A DNA stretch of 64,000 bases from Parachlamydiales bacterium (GTDB taxonomy: Bacteria; Chlamydiota; Chlamydiia; Chlamydiales; Rhabdochlamydiaceae), in contig OY970065.1 of assembly GCA_963705295.1 (NCBI GenBank), positions 1,760,001 through 1,824,000 on the forward strand, written 5' to 3'. This document shows positions 1 to 14,659 of this stretch, piece after piece. The notes beneath the pieces are model-generated. The model was not told the DNA's origin. It worked only from the letters and a program-made list of their open reading frames with translations, and ran no database searches. The translations under genes were made by a program, and so were the position numbers. Each line of letters starts with the position of its first letter. Position 1 is the stretch's first letter.

Positions 1-473
<473 letters not shown>

Positions 474-491
474 CTATTCTCCCTTAACTCT

Positions 492-4266
<3,775 letters not shown>

Positions 4267-4376
4267 TGAAGCGTGCTCCTACACTTGTAATCTGATTACA
4301 AATAACATAGGCAAGCAGAAGACTATCTTCATACCGCTTCTGCTCAATGCATTATACCATTCTATATAAAGTTGTC

Positions 4377-4771
4377 TTACAGACCTTTTAAGGTTACCTT
4401 ACCGCCAGCAGCTGTGATCTTTTTCGCGATTTCTTCTGCTTCTGCTTTATTGCAAGTTGCTTTCAAGACTTTAGGAGCTCCGTCCACGAGGTCTTTTGCT
4501 TCTTTAAGCCAAGTCCAGTGATTTCACGGACAGCTTTAATCACTCCGATTTTCTTATCATCTGGAGATTTCTTCCAAAGTGACTTGGAATTCTGTTGATT
4601 CAGCAGCAGGAGCTGCAGCGCCAGCTGCTGGAGCTGCAGCCATCATCATAGGAGCTGCAGCTGCAGCTTTAACGCCCCACTTTTCTTCAAGCATGTTTTC
4701 AATTTGGACATATCGAGTACGCTGAGATCGCTCAAGTCTTCAACGAATTGTTCTAATGTTTAGTAGCTCAC
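4377..4771 (-). CDS. rplL: 50S ribosomal protein L7/L12 (frameshifted)
   Basis: Ala-rich hinge, [30 protein letters not shown] start with AGAGG RBS; position after rplJ. Confidence 0.9.
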
Positions 4772-4783
4772 GGTTATACCTCT

Positions 4784-5310
4784 TTACTTGTTTATTGATT
4801 CTTGTTGCTTTGTTTTCCAAGCAATGTACGACGCTTGTGAGCAAGTGCATCCATGACAGCCAGAGTTTGCGACAGCGGACAGCTTCGAAAAGACCCAGGA
4901 ACTGTGCTCGCATTTCTTGTTTGCACGGCAAGTTTAGAAAGGGCTTCTACATCTTTTGCAGAATAGAGCTGCCCTTCAAAGCGTCCACCGATAACTTCGA
5001 GATCTCTTCATTTTCATTTCTGAATTGAAAATAGCTTTCGTCGTTTGTAGAAGATCATCATCTGCAAAAATGATACCAATATGCCCTTCCAAAGCGCTCG
5101 GTCAATAGTGACATCCAGCAGCTTCAGCAGCTTTCATGAGAATCCGTTTACGGATCACTTCGAAATCGCCGCCCAGACTTAGTCAAGTCGACATCCGAAA
5201 TTGAGCAGCGAGGTTCGGATCCAGTTTGCTATAACGGGTTAAAACAAACCCTTTTGAGTGATCGATCTTTTCTTTAATGTCATCGAGAAGAATTGTTTTT
5301 CTGGTCTCAT
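4784..5310 (-). CDS. rplJ: 50S ribosomal protein L10 (frameshifted)
   Basis: Start MRPEKQF, fragments KQEMRAQFLGLFEA and LLTSVVHCLENK; synteny rplA-rplJ-rplL. Confidence 0.85.
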
Positions 5311-5312
5311 GT

Positions 5313-6011
5313 TTAGCCTCCTCCGCATTCCAGCTACGATGATCGATCTTAAGCCAGGTCCCATCGTCGATGAAATCGCGACGGATACCAAATAATGTCC
5401 TTTTGCAGATGCAGGCTTTGACCTAGCAATAGCACCGAAGTAGAGTTCTAATATTTTCAACGAGCTTTTCTGAAGAAAAAGAGAGTTTTCCAACACCGTT
5501 ATTGACAACTCCATACTTGTCAGTTTTAAATTCGATCCGTCCTGCTTTAATTTCACGAACGGCATTTGCGACATCATTGGTCACGGTTCCTGCTTTTGGT
5601 GTTGGCATCAAGCCCTCGTGGTCCTAAAACTTTACCGAGTTTACCGACATCTCGCATCATATCTGGCGTAGAAATAACGGCATCAAAATCGGTCCAGCCC
5701 CCTTTAACTTTTTCAAAGAGTTCTTCATTCCCAGCAAAGTCAGCTCCAGCATCTAGTGCTTCTTTCATCTTATCGCCTTTGGCAAAGACGATAACCACTG
5801 ACTTTTTGCCTGTTCCATTCGGTAATGAGACAGTGCCACGCACTTGCTGGTCAGATTTTTGGAGATCGATCGCCTGTCTTAAGCGCCAGTTCCACCGATT
5901 GATCAAATTTGACCGGTGGACATTTTTCAAAATATCGATAGCTTCTTCGAGTTTGTACACCTTTTGTGAATCAACGAGTTTTGCTATCTCCCGAAAGCGT
6001 TTACTTAACAT
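5313..6011 (-). CDS. rplA: 50S ribosomal protein L1 (frameshifted)
   Basis: [46 protein letters not shown]. Confidence 0.95.
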
Positions 6012-6024
6012 TTTTTTATCCTTC

Positions 6025-6119
6025 TTAAATTTAGGATTTCACCACAGAGACACAGAGGAGGATGAGGTAGGAAGAGGAATTCTCTGTGCAATCTCATCTT
6101 TCTCTGTGTCTCTGTGGTT
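6025..6119. repeat. 95-bp palindromic intergenic repeat, copy 1 (rplK-rplA spacer)
   Basis: 17-bp perfect inverted repeat ACCACAGAGACACAGAG (6041-6057) / CTCTGTGTCTCTGTGGT (6102-6118); 2 mismatches to the copy at 6572-6666. Confidence 0.9.
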
Positions 6120-6126
6120 ATTTCCT

Positions 6127-6556
6127 TCATCCTTCTACAATATCTACACCCATCGAACGGGCAGTTCCAGCTACCAAGCGAAGAGCTGCATCAGAAGAGC
6201 GGACCCGCATGTCGGGCATCTTTTCTCTGCGATTTTCTTTACTTGAGCTCTTGTTAATGCTTCCAACTTTGTCACGATTCGGCACTTTAGATCCCGACTC
6301 GATTCCCAGTTCTTTTAAAATCATCCGGGAAACAGGAGGTTGCTTTGTGATAAACGTGAATGTTTTATCGGAAAATACAGAGATCTCAACAGGAAGAATA
6401 TCTCCCGCTTGATCTCTGTGTTTTTGCATTAAATTCTTTGCAGAAGGCCATGATATTGACCTGAGCAGCACCGAGCGCGGGTCCAATAGGAGGCGCTGGA
6501 TTTGCTTTCCCTGCAGGAATTTGCAACTTAATTATTTTAACGAGTTTTTTTGCCAT
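6127..6556 (-). CDS. rplK: 50S ribosomal protein L11 (frameshifted)
   Basis: [29 protein letters not shown] ... [14 protein letters not shown]. Confidence 0.95.
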
Positions 6557-6571
6557 ATCGTTCTTACTTCT

Positions 6572-6666
6572 TTAAATTTAGGATTTCACCACAGAGATAC
6601 AGAGGAAGATGAGGTAGGAAGAGGAATTCTCTGTGCAATCTCATCTTTCTCTGTGTCTCTGTGGTT
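6572..6666. repeat. 95-bp palindromic intergenic repeat, copy 2 (nusG-rplK spacer)
   Basis: Direct repeat of 6025-6119 with the same terminal inverted repeats. Confidence 0.9.
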
Positions 6667-6687
6667 GCTTTCTTCATTTTTATCTTT

Positions 6688-7227
6688 CTACTTCTTGAGG
6701 CACTTGTTCCACTTGCCAGAATTCCAGATCATCGACCCGGGTTTCTCGTCCAAAAATCGAAACCAAAACGCTGAGTCTTCCCTTATCGTGGAAGACTTCT
6801 TGGACAGTTCCGATGAAGTTAACAAACACACCATCGATAATTTTAACTTTGTCGCCGGTATCAATATTATGTTTCTGAACAACGCCTTGTTTTCTTCTCT
6901 TCGAGATCTGTCAAAATCGCATCGACTTCGTGCTGAGGCAAGGGCATCGGTTTTTCTCCACCGAGAAAATCGATCACGCCGTTCGTGTTCTTCACATACA
7001 TCCATGAATCATCGGTCAGATTCCATCTTCACCAGGATATAACCTGGCCACAGACTTTTTTCACTGATACGTTGTTCACCCCGTTTCACTTCAGCGACAT
7101 TTTCTGTGGGAACGAGGACTTCTGAAATGAGCTCGGCCATCCCTTTCGACTTCGCGATTTTCTTCGAGAGCTTTTTTAACTCTTTTTTCCTGACTTGAAA
7201 TACCTGTACGACATACCACTTATGCAT
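6688..7227 (-). CDS. nusG: Transcription antitermination factor NusG (frameshifted)
   Basis: MHKWYVVQV, EVLVPTENVAEVKRGEQRISEK.LWPGYILVKM; synteny. Confidence 0.9.
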
Positions 7228-7232
7228 GTTTT

Positions 7233-7508
7233 TCACCCAAAAATTAGGTGCACAACGACACCAATAACCATTTAAAATCGCCTTGAATCGACTAGATCTA
7301 CACCATAGATTCCAAATCCAAAAAGGAACGTCGCATCCTACGACAATCTTTGTAAAAAGTATGAGTTCTTCTCTTCGTCGTCCAGGTAACTTTCTTAAGC
7401 TCTGCTTTGAGTTCTTGCACATATCCGATGCTTTCTTGCGAAGGCTTAGTCTCGGTTTGCAGACGCACTGAGCTGTTACCTGGTTCCACTTGTAACATCC
7501 CATCGCAT
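7233..7508 (-). CDS. secE: Preprotein translocase SecE (frameshifted; ends approximate)
   Basis: YVQELKAELKKVTWT motif between tRNA-Trp and nusG. Confidence 0.8.
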
Positions 7509-7529
7509 ATTCCTACCTCTTTAATTTAT

Positions 7530-7602
7530 CGAGTGCGGAGGGATTCGAACCCCCGACCGGCGACTTTGGAGACCGCTGCTCTACCAGCTGAGCTACACAC
7601 CC
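7530..7602 (-). tRNA. tRNA-Trp(CCA)
   Basis: GGGTGTGTAGCTCAGCTGGTAGAGCAGCGGTCTCCAAAGTCGCCGGTCGGGGGTTCGAATCCCTCCGCACTCG cloverleaf. Confidence 0.95.
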
Positions 7603-7659
7603 ACAAAAGCAAGACATAAGCTCCAGGCTTGCAACCGCAGCTCACTCTCCTAACAATCT

Positions 7660-8843
7660 TTACTTGATGAATTTCAGAAACGTTCCGGCACCGATCGTAC
7701 GTGCCGCCTTCGCGGATCGCAAAGCGCATCCTTCTTCCATCGCGATCGGAGCGATCAGTTCAGCTGTAATTTCAACGTTATCGCCAGGCATCACCATCTC
7801 AGTCCCTGCTGGAAGTTCGACAGTTCCTGTCACGTCGGTCGTACGGAAGTAGAACTGTGGACGGTATCCGGTGAAGAATGGCTTATGACGTCCACCTTCT
7901 TCTTTTGTCAGAACGTAGACAGGCCCTTTGAATTTCGTATGAGGTGTGCAAGTACCAGGAGCAGCAAGCACCATTCCGCGCTCGACATCTTCTTTCTCAA
8001 ACCGCGAAGGAGGATACCAACGTTTTCACCAGCACGCGCTTCGTCGAGGGTCTTGTTGAACATTTCAAGACCTGTCGCAACAGTTTCACGTGTTTCGCGG
8101 AGACCGACGAGTTGAAGCTTATCGTTAACTTTAACAATTCCTCGCTCGACACGTCCTGTAGCTACAGTTCCGCGGCCGGAGATGGAGAACACGTCTTCGA
8201 TAGGCATCAGGAAAGGCTTATCGATTTCGCGTGCTGGAGTTGGGATCTTCTCATCGACAGTTTTCATCAGTTTGTCGATGCTTTCACATACTTTGGATCG
8301 CCTTCAAGAGCTTTCAGAGCAGAACCTCGGATGATCGGAGCATTTTTATACCCTTTGATTCGAGAAGTTCATGCAGTTCCATTTCGACGAGGTCGACAAG
8401 TTCTTCGTCGCCTTCGCCAAGCATGTCCATCTTGTTGAGGAACACGACGATCGCAGGAACCTGCATCTTGGCGAGCAAGAAGGATGTGTTCTCGTGTTTG
8501 AGGCATCGCACCGTCTGTTGCAGCGACAACGAGGATAGCGCCGTCCATCTGAGCAGCACCTGTGATCATGTTTTTGACATAGTCGGCGTGGCCTGGGCAG
8601 TCGACGTGTGCATAGTGGCGTTTATCTGTTTCATATTCAACGTGAGTAGAGTTAATCGTAATACCGCGCGCTTTTTCTTCAGGTGTATTATCGATAGAAG
8701 CATAATCTCGAAATTTTGCTCCGCCTTTTTCTGCTAAAACTTTTGTAATTGCAGCTGTTAATGTGGTTTTACCATGGTCAACGTGACCAATGGTTCCGAT
8801 GTTGACGTGTGGCTTTGTTCCTTTGAAATGTTTCTTTTGCCAT
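7660..8843 (-). CDS. tuf: Elongation factor Tu (frameshifted)
   Basis: [69 protein letters not shown]. Confidence 0.97.
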
Positions 8844-8889
8844 TTTAACTTCCTCCGTTAGGCTCCAGTATTTATTTAATTTTAACTTC

Positions 8890-8961
8890 TGCCCAGAATA
8901 GGAATTGAACCTACGACCGCTTGCTTACCATGCAAGTGCTCTACCACTGAGCTATCTGGGC
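8890..8961 (-). tRNA. tRNA-Thr(GGT)
   Basis: GCCCAGATAGCTCAGTGGTAGAGCACTTGCATGGTAAGCAAGCGGTCGTAGGTTCAATTCCTATTCTGGGCA. Confidence 0.95.
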
Positions 8962-9076
8962 CTAAACAAGGAAAAAAGGGTACTTTTTGCTGGGGCCCAA
9001 TCCTTTTTTTTCATGTAAAGGCCACAAGCATACAAGGATGTACAAATATATTCAAGAGTTAATTTTAAAGAAATTT

Positions 9077-9298
9077 CTACCGACTTTTTCGGTAAACGAT
9101 GCGCGCTTTCGTCAAATCATAAGGTGACATTTCGACCGTCACTGTATCCCCTGTCATGACCCTAATATTCCGCATCCTCATCTTCCCACTCAAGTGAGCT
9201 ATGACCCGCATGTCATTTTGAAGCACCACCCGAAAGTGCATGTTCGGAAGAACCTCTTCTACACTACCATCAATCGTAATCGTGTCTTCTTTCGGCAT
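9077..9298 (-). CDS. infA: Translation initiation factor IF-1
   Basis: [19 protein letters not shown]...[14 protein letters not shown]...[15 protein letters not shown]. Confidence 0.95.
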   Translation of the reverse strand: MPKEDTITIDGSVEEVLPNMHFRVVLQNDMRVIAHLSGKMRMRNIRVMTGDTVTVEMSPYDLTKARIVYRKSR

Positions 9299-9354
9299 AA
9301 AGAAAAATATCTTATCAGAGACTCAAATATACGAAAAGCTGCATTTAAGATATT

Positions 9355-9783
9355 ATGGGTTATGTGAGCTTTGAATCGTGCTTAGAAAAACAAGAGGAAC
9401 TGAGAAGAATTTTTTCAATTTGCTCCACTCCAGAGGCAAAATATCAAAAAATTATTGAGCTTGGACGGCAGCTCCCCCCTCTCCATCCCAGCTCCAAAAT
9501 TCCCGAGAATCTCGTTCCCGGTTGTCAAAGCACGATGTACCTCGAAGTCTCCCTTCAAAACGGCAAGCTCTTCCTCAATGCCGACTCCGAAGCCCTCATC
9601 TCTAAAGGACTCGCTGCCCTCCTTATTAAGATCTATTCCGGCGAAACTCCCCAAACCTGCTCGGAATGCCCACCCACCGTCCTACGAGAGATGGGACTCC
9701 ATGACATTCTTTCCCCTACCCGCTCCAATGGCCTATCAAGTCTTTATCATAAACTTCGAAGCGAAGCCCTTAAACATTTTTGA
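9355..9783 (+). CDS. sufE: SufE-family sulfur acceptor
   Basis: YQKIIELGRQLP, VPGCQS, ADSEALISKGL, LSPTRSNGL. Confidence 0.88.
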   Translation: MGYVSFESCLEKQEELRRIFSICSTPEAKYQKIIELGRQLPPLHPSSKIPENLVPGCQSTMYLEVSLQNGKLFLNADSEALISKGLAALLIKIYSGETPQTCSECPPTVLREMGLHDILSPTRSNGLSSLYHKLRSEALKHF

Positions 9784-9793
9784 TGATCACTTG

Positions 9794-10654
9794 TTAATTT
9801 TCTGGGCACCCATTTTCTCTCGCCCATTTCAAGACTCCTAAATGCCCGCCTATAGCTGCATGGGCATAGGTCGATTCATCCCAAGGACAACCATTTGCTC
9901 TCGCCCATAGCAAAACGGCTAAATGCCCGCCTTCAGCAGCAAAGGTACAGGTCCTTTCATCCCAAGGACAACCCCTTTTTCTCGCCCATTGCAAGACCTC
10001 TAAATGCCCATGTTTAGCGGCTAAGGCACAGGTCAAACGACTCCACGGACAATCCTTTTCTCTCGCCCATTGCAAAACGGCTAAATGCCCGCCTTGAGCT
10101 ACATAAGCACAGGTCCATGCATCCCAAGGGCAACCATTTTCTCTCGCCCATTTCAAGACTTCTAAATGCCCGCCTTGAGCTGCCTTCGCACAGGTCAATT
10201 CATTCCAAGGACAATCCTTTCCTCTCGCCCATTTCAAGACCTCTAAATGCCCGCTTTGAGCTGCCAAGGCACAGGTCGATGCATCCCAAGGGCAATCATT
10301 TGCTCTGAGTATTGTCAAAAGCACTAAGTGGCCTCCCCTTGCAGCACCTCTGCATGTATTCGCATCCCAGCACGCTTTTTCACCGCGACCCATCACATTT
10401 GCCCGGCGAGCCCACACTAAGAATGAATACGACCCCAGCTCCGCTGCTTTCTCACAAAACTCAGATCGGCTTTTAAAGGGAATAACACGATTTTTCAAAC
10501 TTGCGCAATGAACGCGGAAACGATAACAAGTGGCTCGTGCTGCTACAAGCGACACAGCATCCAGGTTGGAAAGAACGAGTTCAAGTATCTCACTTGGGAT
10601 ATTATGAATGGATGCCGGAGGACTCTTTGGTAATAAATTTACATTTGCAGCCAT
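9794..10654 (-). CDS. F-box plus 27-aa ankyrin-like repeat protein (CPW-type repeats)
   Basis: N-terminal F-box-like IPSEILELVLSNLD...C.RFR; about 7 repeats CPWD..TCA.AA.GGHLEVL.WARE.G with an 81-bp DNA period. Confidence 0.85.
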   Translation of the reverse strand: MAANVNLLPKSPPASIHNIPSEILELVLSNLDAVSLVAARATCYRFRVHCASLKNRVIPFKSRSEFCEKAAELGSYSFLVWARRANVMGRGEKACWDANTCRGAARGGHLVLLTILRANDCPWDASTCALAAQSGHLEVLKWARGKDCPWNELTCAKAAQGGHLEVLKWARENGCPWDAWTCAYVAQGGHLAVLQWAREKDCPWSRLTCALAAKHGHLEVLQWARKRGCPWDERTCTFAAEGGHLAVLLWARANGCPWDESTYAHAAIGGHLGVLKWARENGCPEN

Positions 10655-10803
10655 AGTTCAATTATTTTATACTATCTTTACATTTATTTAAAGAACCTAT
10701 TTATAAGAACATATCTATCTTAAAGTCAAAAACTTAATCGAATGCCTTACTACAATTAGTTTGTCAATTGTAATGAATTAATTTTTAAATTATAATAATT
10801 TCT

Positions 10804-12300
10804 ATGATTAATTGTTCTCCTTTATTAGCTATGCCTTCAGAGATGATTTTAGCTATATCCCGTTGTTTGGATGATAAATCCAAATATTTGTTAACTTTCG
10901 TATGCAGCCGATTCACTCTGATATTAAGAGATAAAATTAGAACCCTCAACATCCCTCCAGAAACAAAACCCTCTCATCTTGAGGGACTTGCAAAGCGAGT
11001 GGGTCTCATTACAAAAATAACAGCCCAAAATCTATCTTGCGGAGCCGCCACACGGTTCCTGAAAAATTTTCCAGCTTTGGAAATTTTAAGTCTTCCAGGT
11101 CTCACGGGCAGTGAAGAAGAAAGGGATCTTGCCCAAACTTTAGCAACACTCCGTTCTTTAAGAGTTCTCGAAATTACCTCTTCTTCTGTTACAGGAAAAT
11201 GTATACCACCTGAACTTGGCTCTAAAAGTTTAATTCTGGTGGATTGTAAAAAGATCACTCATCTGGATGTTCCAGAAGCTGTTAGCCATCTCGATGTCTC
11301 CGATTCAGTGGGTTTAACAACAATCGCAGGGCTAGCTCATGTTTCTCTGCTCCGTTCAGAGGGAGTCGAGCTATCTTTAAAAGGATATCAAGGAAAAGTC
11401 TACATTGCCAATTCGTTATTGTTTAATCCCGAGTCTGAAAAATTGAGCTTATTAGAAAGCGGAGCCAATATCAATGCAGCAAACCAAAATGGAGCAACTA
11501 TTTTGCATTCGGCGATTTCCCAAAAAGAGTCGAAGTCCGCCGCTTTTTTGATCCATCAGGGAGCCAATCCAAATGCACAGACTCATCAGGGATTTAGTGC
11601 ATTAAGCTTTGCGATTCATATGCGAGATTTTGAGACCGCCTTTCTCCTCCTTGAAAAGGGAGCCGTTCCAAATTCTCAGAAGAAGGAGGGAGAATACCTT
11701 TTAATTGGGGCCCTCGAGCGAGAAAATTATAAAACAGCAGAACTTCTCCTAAAAAGAGGGATCGATCCAAACACAGCCCTGGATCGTTACGGCAATCCCG
11801 CTTTATTTCTTGCCTTGCCCAATAAAGACATGGCCCGTCTTGTCTTGAGTTATGGTGCAAATCCCAACATTCAGTACTTAAAAGAAGGGCGAAGCAACTA
11901 TCTTCGATGTACGGTTGGAAATACTCCCCTCCATTTTGCTGTTGAAAATGAAGGGAAAGAAGATCTCGCAGCTGTTCTTTTGGAGTACGGAGCCGATGTC
12001 AATGCTGAAAATGTCGATGGAGAAACCCCTCTTTATTGGGCGGTACGGTCTGGAACAGAACTATCGATGGCTATTCTCCTGAATCATGGAGCCGATCCTA
12101 ATAAAGCAAGTCGAGAAGGAACCCCGATAAATCGGGCCATTTTGACAAATAATGATCAAAAAGCAGCTCTTCTTTTAGAATGGGGAGCTAATCCCTTCCT
12201 CCTCGATCATGGGAAAAACTCTTTTGAGTTCGCAGAAAAATGGCACTGCTTCCGCTGCTTAGATCTATTTTATAATTTTCATAAAAAAAGGGAAGAATGA
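10804..12300 (+). CDS. F-box-like / LRR-like / ankyrin-repeat protein
   Basis: LLAMPSEMILAISRCLD...VCSRF; LRR-like LRSLRVLEIT; ankyrin units GNTPLHFAV, GETPLYWAV, GADVNAEN. Confidence 0.8.
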   Translation: MINCSPLLAMPSEMILAISRCLDDKSKYLLTFVCSRFTLILRDKIRTLNIPPETKPSHLEGLAKRVGLITKITAQNLSCGAATRFLKNFPALEILSLPGLTGSEEERDLAQTLATLRSLRVLEITSSSVTGKCIPPELGSKSLILVDCKKITHLDVPEAVSHLDVSDSVGLTTIAGLAHVSLLRSEGVELSLKGYQGKVYIANSLLFNPESEKLSLLESGANINAANQNGATILHSAISQKESKSAAFLIHQGANPNAQTHQGFSALSFAIHMRDFETAFLLLEKGAVPNSQKKEGEYLLIGALERENYKTAELLLKRGIDPNTALDRYGNPALFLALPNKDMARLVLSYGANPNIQYLKEGRSNYLRCTVGNTPLHFAVENEGKEDLAAVLLEYGADVNAENVDGETPLYWAVRSGTELSMAILLNHGADPNKASREGTPINRAILTNNDQKAALLLEWGANPFLLDHGKNSFEFAEKWHCFRCLDLFYNFHKKREE

Positions 12301-13722
12301 CACCGATACAATCGATCCGAAATTATTTAAGTCCTGTCGGTTTAATGCGGGCTACCCCTGTCTACAATGAAGAAGGATTTCGAGAATTAACCCGGAGGCT
12401 TCGACCTGGGGAACAAGCTCTCTTACAGGAAGAATTAGCGCGTGTAAAGCACGGGCAGGTTGCATCGCTAGTTAGAGCTGTCAGAGAGGGGAACTGGAGA
12501 GCGGCTGTCTTTAAAGAGAGGAATTATCCTCACATCGCCTTAAAGGCGTATCAAATGAATAGTATTACCGTAGAGCAATTTGCCACCATTATGTTCTATT
12601 GGGTCAATTTTACAAAAGTTGAGAAAGAACCAAAAATTGTTCCTCTTTTTTTAGAGGGCGGCGTGGTAAATCCTGAGGCAAGACGACTCGTCCGACAAAC
12701 GTTGATTTTAAGACGGATTACCGACTCAGATATGTCCCGTGTCTATGCTCAATCCCCTGAAACTCCTGTTTTAACAGAAGAGCAGATCGATGCTCTATTC
12801 AAAAAAATAGGGGAGGAACATCCCCCTTCCGCACACTACCTTTTCCTAAAAGAAAGAGAAGAGACTCCTGATCTCATCGCGAGAATTCAACAACTAGGGT
12901 TCAATATTCTCTATGAAACGGGTGACGGTGCCATTATTCCTCCTCTAGAACTGGTCAATACTTATTTGCAGATCAAATATGGACCAAATGCTTTAAGGGC
13001 AAAACCTGTTCTGGGTTTATCCACCCCTAAAGATATTGAGGAGAGTCTTGCTGAGGGACTGAGAGATTTAGGCCTCCATTTTCCTGGAACTTCCCTTCCA
13101 CCCTTGGTCGATGGTTACGGAGCACCTGATTATGCATTCACCTGGCACGATATTTACCATCTCCTCTTGATCTCTGCCTTGCTTAAGAAATATCAGGAAT
13201 TGTTTTTGAAAATCGGACGTTTTGCTAAAGAGTATTTCGAAAAAACAAACCTTTCCTTTGCCAACAAATTTTATGAGTACATCATTGATATGGAATTTCC
13301 CGTAGCTCAAGACGACCTTTTCAACCGGCTCTTCGAGAACATTCCACCCGATCAGAAAATGAACCACATCTTCTGGGAAGCGATCCGGACAAGCTTCCTT
13401 CGAGCCCATGCTTCTCTTCTCAATCCCTTGGTTGCTGCATTGATTCCTTATAGTATGGTCCTCGTGGGTCCTGAAGAAAAACTGTTCATCGAGGCGGTTT
13501 TGAACTTTATCCCTATGGATGACGATTATCGCCTGGGCCGCAAAAAAAGAGATGGAGGATCTCGATCGGGATCTTGATCGGCAGATCGAAGAGTTCACCC
13601 GCCAATACGAGCAAGCCCCTCCAACGACTTTTGACAGGCGGCTTGTTTATCAAGCCATGAAACAAGCCCATATTTTCCGTATCATCCACGATACATGGGC
13701 AAGTAGATATTTGGCCAGATAG
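12297..13722 (+). pseudogene. HDxxH-family paralog 1, +1 frameshift in an A7 run near the 3' end
   Basis: Homologous to 15749, 17159 and 18579; C-terminus continues in ORF 13519-13722 (KEMEDLD...QAMKQAHIFRIIHDTW) and matches the end of paralog 4. Confidence 0.7.
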
Positions 13723-13750
13723 CCTGATTTTTTTACCTATCTGGCCATAA

Positions 13751-14653
13751 ATGATTGAATTTTCCCTTAAGGAGACAAAGGAATTTCTCGGGAAGCGGTC
13801 AAATCGCGAAATCATGGATGCCTACCTTACGGTTGGCGGTATTCCAGAATACCTCAAGCGCCTGAAAAAGCATTCTTCCATCCAGATTGGCATTTGCGAA
13901 GAAAGCTTTAAGAAAGACAGCTATTTTAGCAATGAAAAGAGGCATATTTTTATTAGCAGTTTCGCCTCAAACGTCCACTATGAAGAGATTGTCAATTTTT
14001 TAAGCCAGGTCAAATTCGCAAACAAATTGGATATTGAAAAACATCTCCGCGTAAAAGGAGGCGGGACGTTAAAAGATGTCTTAAATGACCTTGAGCAGTG
14101 CGGTTTTATTGAGCGCTATGTGCCCTACCAGCTAGACAACAATAGCAATTTGGTTCGGTATTGCATAGCAGACAGCTATTTGCGGTTTTATTTTAAGTTC
14201 ATTGCCCCCCTTTCTGATCGCATACAGCAGGCCGATTTCAATCGAACGCCGCTATATGCCTTAAACAAAGAATCGTATCAAAAATGGCTTGGTTTTTCAT
14301 TTGAACGGTTTTGCAGAAAAAACAGTCAGCTCATTGCCTCCATCATAGGTTTTTCCGCTGTACGCAGTGGAGCATTCTTCAATCGAACGAGCATAAAAGA
14401 GCAGCCTGGATATCAGATCGACCTTTTTTTTGACCGCGCCGATCATGTTCTCACGATTTGTGAAATTAAATACACGATAGCAAAGACTGGGGTTGAAGTG
14501 ATCGAGGAATTTGAAAAAAAATTGCGCCTATTGACCGACGTCGCCGGCAAAACAATTGAGAAGGTATTGATATCTGCAAGTGGTGTAACCGATGGCTTAA
14601 TTTCCCAAAGCTATTTTGATCGCATCATCACATTAAATGATATCTTCTTATGA
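13751..14653 (+). pseudogene. N-truncated AAA-ATPase / DUF234-type PD-(D/E)xK protein (C-terminal portion only)
   Basis: GGIPEYL, Y.IADSYLRFYFKFI, GFSFERFC, QIDL..DR....ICEIKY; no Walker A motif in the ORF. Confidence 0.6.
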
Positions 14654-14659
14654 GGCAGT

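Noticed and set aside
6025..6666. CRISPR array or composite transposon around rplK
   Set aside because: Only two 95-bp copies separated by a ribosomal gene; no spacers, cas genes or transposase nearby
9805..10375. 81-bp periodic DNA repeat as a CRISPR-like array
   Set aside because: Fully explained by in-frame 27-aa protein repeats
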